Below the pieces are notes generated by a model, which made no database searches, was not told the origin of the DNA, and was given only the letters and a program-made list of their open reading frames with translations. Position numbers and translations under genes: made by a program. This document shows, in pieces, positions 17,497 to 21,588 of a DNA stretch of 21,588 bases; positions within the stretch are counted from its first letter, which is position 1; each line of letters begins with the position of its first letter. The stretch is from a virus: the IMG/VR virus record IMGVR_UViG_3300046059_000013; one strand, 5' to 3'.

Positions 17497-19248
17497 ATGC
17501 CTGTCCGCGTCACGGTTAAAGAGAACCAGTTCCAGGTGCACTTGCCTGAGGACCTCGTGCGCGAGCATGATCTGCAACGGGTGCTCCGGGACACGGTTTC
17601 GGGGATTGGAAGGTCGCGGTCCACCGGGGTCGGCATCTTGCAAGCTCAGCGATTAGAGGACTTTGAGGATGCGTGCAGGGAGCGGGGCGTGAGCGTGGAG
17701 TGGGGTGATGAGGCTGGGCGTTTGCGCGGGAAGGCCGTGGAAGCGCTTGACAAGGCCAACGAGAGCGAGGCTGAAAGCGAGGGTGGGGGTGGGTGGTCAA
17801 CGGGGGAGCGCACCGGGAACAAGCTTGGCCGATGCCGCGAGGAACTGTTCACATGGCAACGGGAAGCCGTCAACCAAGCAAAACGCATGGCGGAGAAACC
17901 CTGGAGCCAGGGAGTCCTCCTCGGCGCGTCCATGGGCCTTGGCAAAAGCGTGATGAGCATCCGGTTCCTGGTGGAGCGCTCCTCGTTCCCCGTGCTGTGC
18001 ATCGCCCCCGCCTCCGTGAAACGCCATTGGCGGGAGGAGTGGCTTGCGTGGACCGCGCTCCCCGAGGACGACGTGGCCGTGCTCGACGGGATGAACCCGA
18101 GCATGGACCCGCGCTTGGACGACAAGCTCGTCGTCATCGCGAACTACGCGATTCTCGGGCCACGAAGGGAGAGCCTGGGGGAGTGGGTGCAGGGTGGAGC
18201 GTTGGTGGTGGATGAGTTGCACAAGGTGCGCAACGGGGACAGCCAGCGCGGCAGGCACGTGAACCAGCTCTCGGGCAGGGTGGGCATGGTGCTTGGCCTC
18301 ACGGGCACGCCCATGTTGAACCATCCTAAGGAGCTTCGGCACCCGCTCAAGGTGCTCGGCGCGTTGCAGGGGTTTGGCAGCGGTCAAGGGTTCAACGAGA
18401 TGTTCACGCCTGTGGAGATGCGGCAGCGTCGTGACGGGCGCACGTACCCGGTGTACCATGCGCAGAACCTTGACTTGCTTTCGAGCGTGTTGCGGGCGAC
18501 GTGCCTTGTGCGTGTGCGGAGGGAGGAGGTGCTTGAGGATTTGCCTTCGGTGCAGCGGGATGCGTGGCGTGTGCCGTTGACGAATCGAGCGGATTATGAT
18601 GCTGCGATGAATGATTGGGAGGCGTGGTGCGACGGGGGCGAGGCGGCAAGCACCGCTGAGGCGATTCAACAGCTCTCAGCGGCCCGACGATTAGTGGGGC
18701 AGGGGAAGGTGCCGTTCGTGGTTGACGCCGCTGAAACGGCCTTACAGAACGATGAGCAAGTGGTGGTGTTCGGCCACCACCGCAAAGACGACAACGACGT
18801 GGTCCCCCGCGTCGCTGACAAGCTCGACAACAAGTGGGGTGCCTCGTTGGTCACCGGCGACATGACCACCACGCAACGAGAGAACCAGGTGGAAGCGTTC
18901 GAGCACGGGGACAACAACGTGCTCGTCGCCACCATGGGCGCCGCCGGACAAGGCGTCGAACTGACCGAAGCCACGACCATGGTGTTCGCTGAGCTTGATT
19001 ACCGACCCTTGATTCATGCACAATGCGAAAGCCGGAGTTTCGCTCGGCTTTCGAACCTTCACGGCTTGAAGAGTATTTACATCCTCGCTGAGGACAGCGT
19101 TGACGAGGACTTCTGGGCTATGCTCGACCGGAAGCAAGAGCTTTTCGACCGCGTCATCGAAGGAGAGGACGATGGAGGGTTCCGTGTTGATGACACGGTC
19201 ACCGCGAGCGACGTGATTCGTAAAGTACGACAACGGAGAAATGATTGA
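17497..19248 (+). CDS. SNF2-family (HARP/SMARCAL1-like) SF2 ATPase
   Basis: WQREAV, SMGLGKS (I), APASV..W..E (Ia), VVDELH (II), LTGTP..N (III), VVVFGHH (IV), AAGQGVEL (V), QCESRSFAR (divergent VI). Confidence 0.92.
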   Translation: MPVRVTVKENQFQVHLPEDLVREHDLQRVLRDTVSGIGRSRSTGVGILQAQRLEDFEDACRERGVSVEWGDEAGRLRGKAVEALDKANESEAESEGGGGWSTGERTGNKLGRCREELFTWQREAVNQAKRMAEKPWSQGVLLGASMGLGKSVMSIRFLVERSSFPVLCIAPASVKRHWREEWLAWTALPEDDVAVLDGMNPSMDPRLDDKLVVIANYAILGPRRESLGEWVQGGALVVDELHKVRNGDSQRGRHVNQLSGRVGMVLGLTGTPMLNHPKELRHPLKVLGALQGFGSGQGFNEMFTPVEMRQRRDGRTYPVYHAQNLDLLSSVLRATCLVRVRREEVLEDLPSVQRDAWRVPLTNRADYDAAMNDWEAWCDGGEAASTAEAIQQLSAARRLVGQGKVPFVVDAAETALQNDEQVVVFGHHRKDDNDVVPRVADKLDNKWGASLVTGDMTTTQRENQVEAFEHGDNNVLVATMGAAGQGVELTEATTMVFAELDYRPLIHAQCESRSFARLSNLHGLKSIYILAEDSVDEDFWAMLDRKQELFDRVIEGEDDGGFRVDDTVTASDVIRKVRQRRND

Positions 19249-19633
19249 CATGTCAACGAACTGGAGCGACTACGACGACTGCGACTACGCCAACTGCAAC
19301 GCTCGCCAAGGCGAGCCCTGCACAACCAACGCCGGGAACGTGCGAAACGAAGCGCACGCCAACCGAGACATGCTCAAGCACGCTATCGACCTGGAGGCCG
19401 ACCGCGAGACGTATTTCGCGTACTCCAAAGTGCGAGAGCGCCTCCGCGGCGAAGTGAGCGTGCGCGTTTCGGACGAGGCCACGCGCATCCTTGAAGGGGG
19501 CCTGCTCGCGCTTGTGGACGAATGCGCGGCTATTGCGGAGGAGCTGGCGGAGAAGCGGGACAAGAAAACGATGCAGGGCGAGGAGGCGCTGGACGCGCTG
19601 GCTCGTTATCGTCTTGAGCAGTTGGATGCTTGA
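19241..19633 (+). CDS. zinc-finger (C3H) / histone-fold fusion protein
   Basis: C14-C19-A..GEPC27...H39..R, then SKVRERLR...RVSDEA-(long helix)-KKTMQGEE with the same spacing as HMf RVSDDA...RKTIKAED. Confidence 0.8.
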   Translation: MIDMSTNWSDYDDCDYANCNARQGEPCTTNAGNVRNEAHANRDMLKHAIDLEADRETYFAYSKVRERLRGEVSVRVSDEATRILEGGLLALVDECAAIAEELAEKRDKKTMQGEEALDALARYRLEQLDA

Positions 19634-19690
19634 CAATTCTCGGGTAGAAAGCCCGGGGTCGGTTAAGAAGTTTGAATGGTGATTCCGAAT

Positions 19691-19840
19691 ATGGCTTCAG
19701 ATAAGGCTCTGACATGGGTGCTCGTCGCGCTAGCCGCCCTCCGCGCGGGTGCAGGCATAGAGGTTGTAGCCCAAGTTGTTGCGTTTGTCGTTGTTGTGGG
19801 CGCACCGATTGTCTTGTTCCTCTACGCGCTAGGCAGTTAA
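19691..19840 (+). CDS. 49-aa membrane micro-protein
   Basis: GGTGA RBS; MASDKALTWVLVALAAL...VVAFVVVVGAPIVLFLYALGS. Confidence 0.55.
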   Translation: MASDKALTWVLVALAALRAGAGIEVVAQVVAFVVVVGAPIVLFLYALGS

Positions 19841-19870
19841 CCAGCGTCAGCAAGCAGGGGGGTAGCTAGG

Positions 19871-20377
19871 GTGGCTGGTCCCGACCCTCGGAAGCTTGTT
19901 GACGGGGACCCGCTCCCGGATGAGGAGAAGCTCGTGTGGTGGGTTGTCAAAGAGGGGAACATGCGCCGAATCGTGGCGGAGGAGGTTGTTGCTTTGTTTT
20001 CCGTGGATGGGGAGGAGGACAACGCGATTCGGGATGCGGATGTGCCCACGAAGCGGGCTCGTTCCATCTTGTACGACCTGCAAGAGGAGGGGGTGGTGAA
20101 GATGAGCACGGTCACCAAGAAGGAGGAGGTGGTCGGGTTCATGGAGCATCACCATGTTATCTTGTCGCTTCGGAACTTTCGTCGGTGGCGGGAGGAGCAC
20201 GAGTTCAAGCGCTGTCCGTCGTGCGGCGTTTTGAAGGTGCTCACGGACTTTGCGTCAGGGACAGGGCAAGGTAGGGGCGAGGCGTATAGGTGCCTTGAGT
20301 GCCTTCCTAGCGTTGTACAGGGCAAATCAGGGGGAGAGCACGAAGAAGGAAGCGAGCGTGGGGGAGGTGGAGGGTGA
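19871..20377 (+). CDS. putative DNA-binding protein: winged-helix-like region plus C4 zinc finger
   Basis: KRARSILYDLQEEGVV; KRCPSCGVLK..DF...YRCLEC. Confidence 0.7.
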   Translation: MAGPDPRKLVDGDPLPDEEKLVWWVVKEGNMRRIVAEEVVALFSVDGEEDNAIRDADVPTKRARSILYDLQEEGVVKMSTVTKKEEVVGFMEHHHVILSLRNFRRWREEHEFKRCPSCGVLKVLTDFASGTGQGRGEAYRCLECLPSVVQGKSGGEHEEGSERGGGGG

Positions 20378-20607
20378 TGGACTACAACAAGCGGTCCGTT
20401 GGCGACCATTTGCTCGACCACATCGAGGCGGGGCACTACATGATGCGCGCGGATGCGCTGGACTCGAGCACGAGCGTTTACTTCTCTTGCTTTGACCGGG
20501 AGTGGGTGGCGAATGTGTTTGACCAGGAGGGGGAGCTTGTGTTGGAGGAGGGCTGGTTTGAAACGTTGGAGGAAGCGGCGGACTGGGCCGAGGAAAGGTA
20601 TGCCTAA
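20374..20607 (+). CDS. hypothetical acidic protein
   Basis: GTGA overlap; FETLEEAADWAE motif. Confidence 0.75.
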   Translation: MMDYNKRSVGDHLLDHIEAGHYMMRADALDSSTSVYFSCFDREWVANVFDQEGELVLEEGWFETLEEAADWAEERYA

Positions 20608-20638
20608 CGAGCCGCGCATCCCGTTGAGGGCGGTTGTG

Positions 20639-21343
20639 CTAGTCGCTTGGCTCTTCCTCGTCCTTGTCAGCTTCCTCCTCGTTCTCTTCAGCTAGTTCGG
20701 TCTCGCTGGTTTGCGGGACACCGGCCTGGTCGATGACCTTGCCGTGGGTTTCCACGACGTTGTCGTTGACGACGTGGTCCATGAAGTCGTCCACGTTGTC
20801 CTCGTCCTCGGTCTTGTGAACGTGCTCGACGCGCGCGTCTTTGATGGGCTCGTCAGCGCCTGGTACGAGGCCGAGCTTCTGGAGGGCCTCTTTTTTCTCG
20901 CCCTCGGTTTTGCGGACCTCTTGGGCGAGTTTGAGGAATTGGTGGATGTTGTCGAGTTCGTCGCCTGCGGCGGCGTCTTGGGTTTTTTCCCATAGGAGTT
21001 CGCTGAGTTGGGAGAGGCGGCGGGCGGTGTTGAGTTCGGCGTTGACCTTGATGATGCCTCGTTTGAAGTATTCCTTGGGGACTTTGGAGCGGGCTACGGC
21101 GGGGACGACGTATTCTTCCATGATTTTGTAGAGGTAGCCGTTGGCGAAGTCGAGGTCGTAGGTGGAGCGGATGCGGTCTTCGAGTTGGGAGACGGGTTCT
21201 CGGTGTTCTTCGGGTTCGAGGGTGTGGTGGACGAGGCGGGCGAAGATTTCTTCGCTGTCGTTGTGGCGGTGTACCATGGTTTTGCCGTCGTCGATGCGGG
21301 CGAGGGCTCCTTTGATTTCGTCGTCGTCCGGGGAGGCGGGCAT
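20639..21343 (-). CDS. acidic helical protein, possible terminase small subunit
   Basis: only convincing minus-strand gene; helical core, LQKLGL then VEHVH, acidic tail; function call is weak. Confidence 0.7.
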   Translation of the reverse strand: MPASPDDDEIKGALARIDDGKTMVHRHNDSEEIFARLVHHTLEPEEHREPVSQLEDRIRSTYDLDFANGYLYKIMEEYVVPAVARSKVPKEYFKRGIIKVNAELNTARRLSQLSELLWEKTQDAAAGDELDNIHQFLKLAQEVRKTEGEKKEALQKLGLVPGADEPIKDARVEHVHKTEDEDNVDDFMDHVVNDNVVETHGKVIDQAGVPQTSETELAEENEEEADKDEEEPSD

Positions 21344-21588
21344 CGTGGTGTGTTGGTTCGTTGGGGGCTTGAAAGGTGGTGGTTACCTCCTCCCCTCTCG
21401 GGTGTGGGGGGGGGAGTGAGGTTGTATTCTCTATCGCCTCCCCTCTCCTCTGCGTGGAGAGGGGTTGTTCGGGGTGGTTTCAATTGGTGGGGGGTTTGGG
21501 GCTTTCACGCCAATTATAGCCATTAACGCCGTTTTAGGGTGTGTGGTTGGGGTGTTTGGTGGTTTTGGGGGTTTAGTAGTGTTGGTGG

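Noticed and set aside
11070-19636. Long minus-strand ORFs (e.g. 11070-11921, 13437-14195, 15351-16088, 17797-18669)
   Set aside because: Antisense shadows of well-supported + genes
20600-20695. 31-aa hydrophobic peptide (holin or toxin-like)
   Set aside because: Its hydrophobicity follows from being antisense to the acidic tail of the minus-strand gene; not excluded but unsupported
21008-21526. 172-aa + strand ORF
   Set aside because: Shadow of 20639-21343 plus G/T-rich low-complexity sequence

Overview
Part of a large, GC-rich, probably viral (tailed-virus-like) genome. About 40 short, tightly coupled + strand ORFs are split by a ~2.1 kb non-coding region (4930-7050). A replication/chromatin module follows: an intein-containing UvrD/Rep helicase, a SNF2-family ATPase, and, overlapping the SNF2 stop, a zinc-finger/histone-fold protein. 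One convergent minus-strand gene (possibly small terminase) closes the window. Acidic proteins, many CxxC micro-proteins, an RR..LAGC lipoprotein, TATA-like boxes and the histone fold suggest a halophilic, possibly archaeal host, but this is inference. Most notable: (1) the SNF2 + histone-fold pair; (2) alternating A/C-rich and G/T-rich blocks that cut through same-strand genes; (3) an intein with a GIY-YIG-like rather than LAGLIDADG core; (4) tandem Ead/Ea22-like repeats joined by a (GA)15 tract; (5) a 27-bp repeat followed by a structured RNA-like element. Several small genes carry apparent 1-nt frameshifts (assembly error or decay). No tRNA, rRNA, CRISPR array, integrase or structural gene was recognised. 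All family calls are by-eye motif recognition, not database results.
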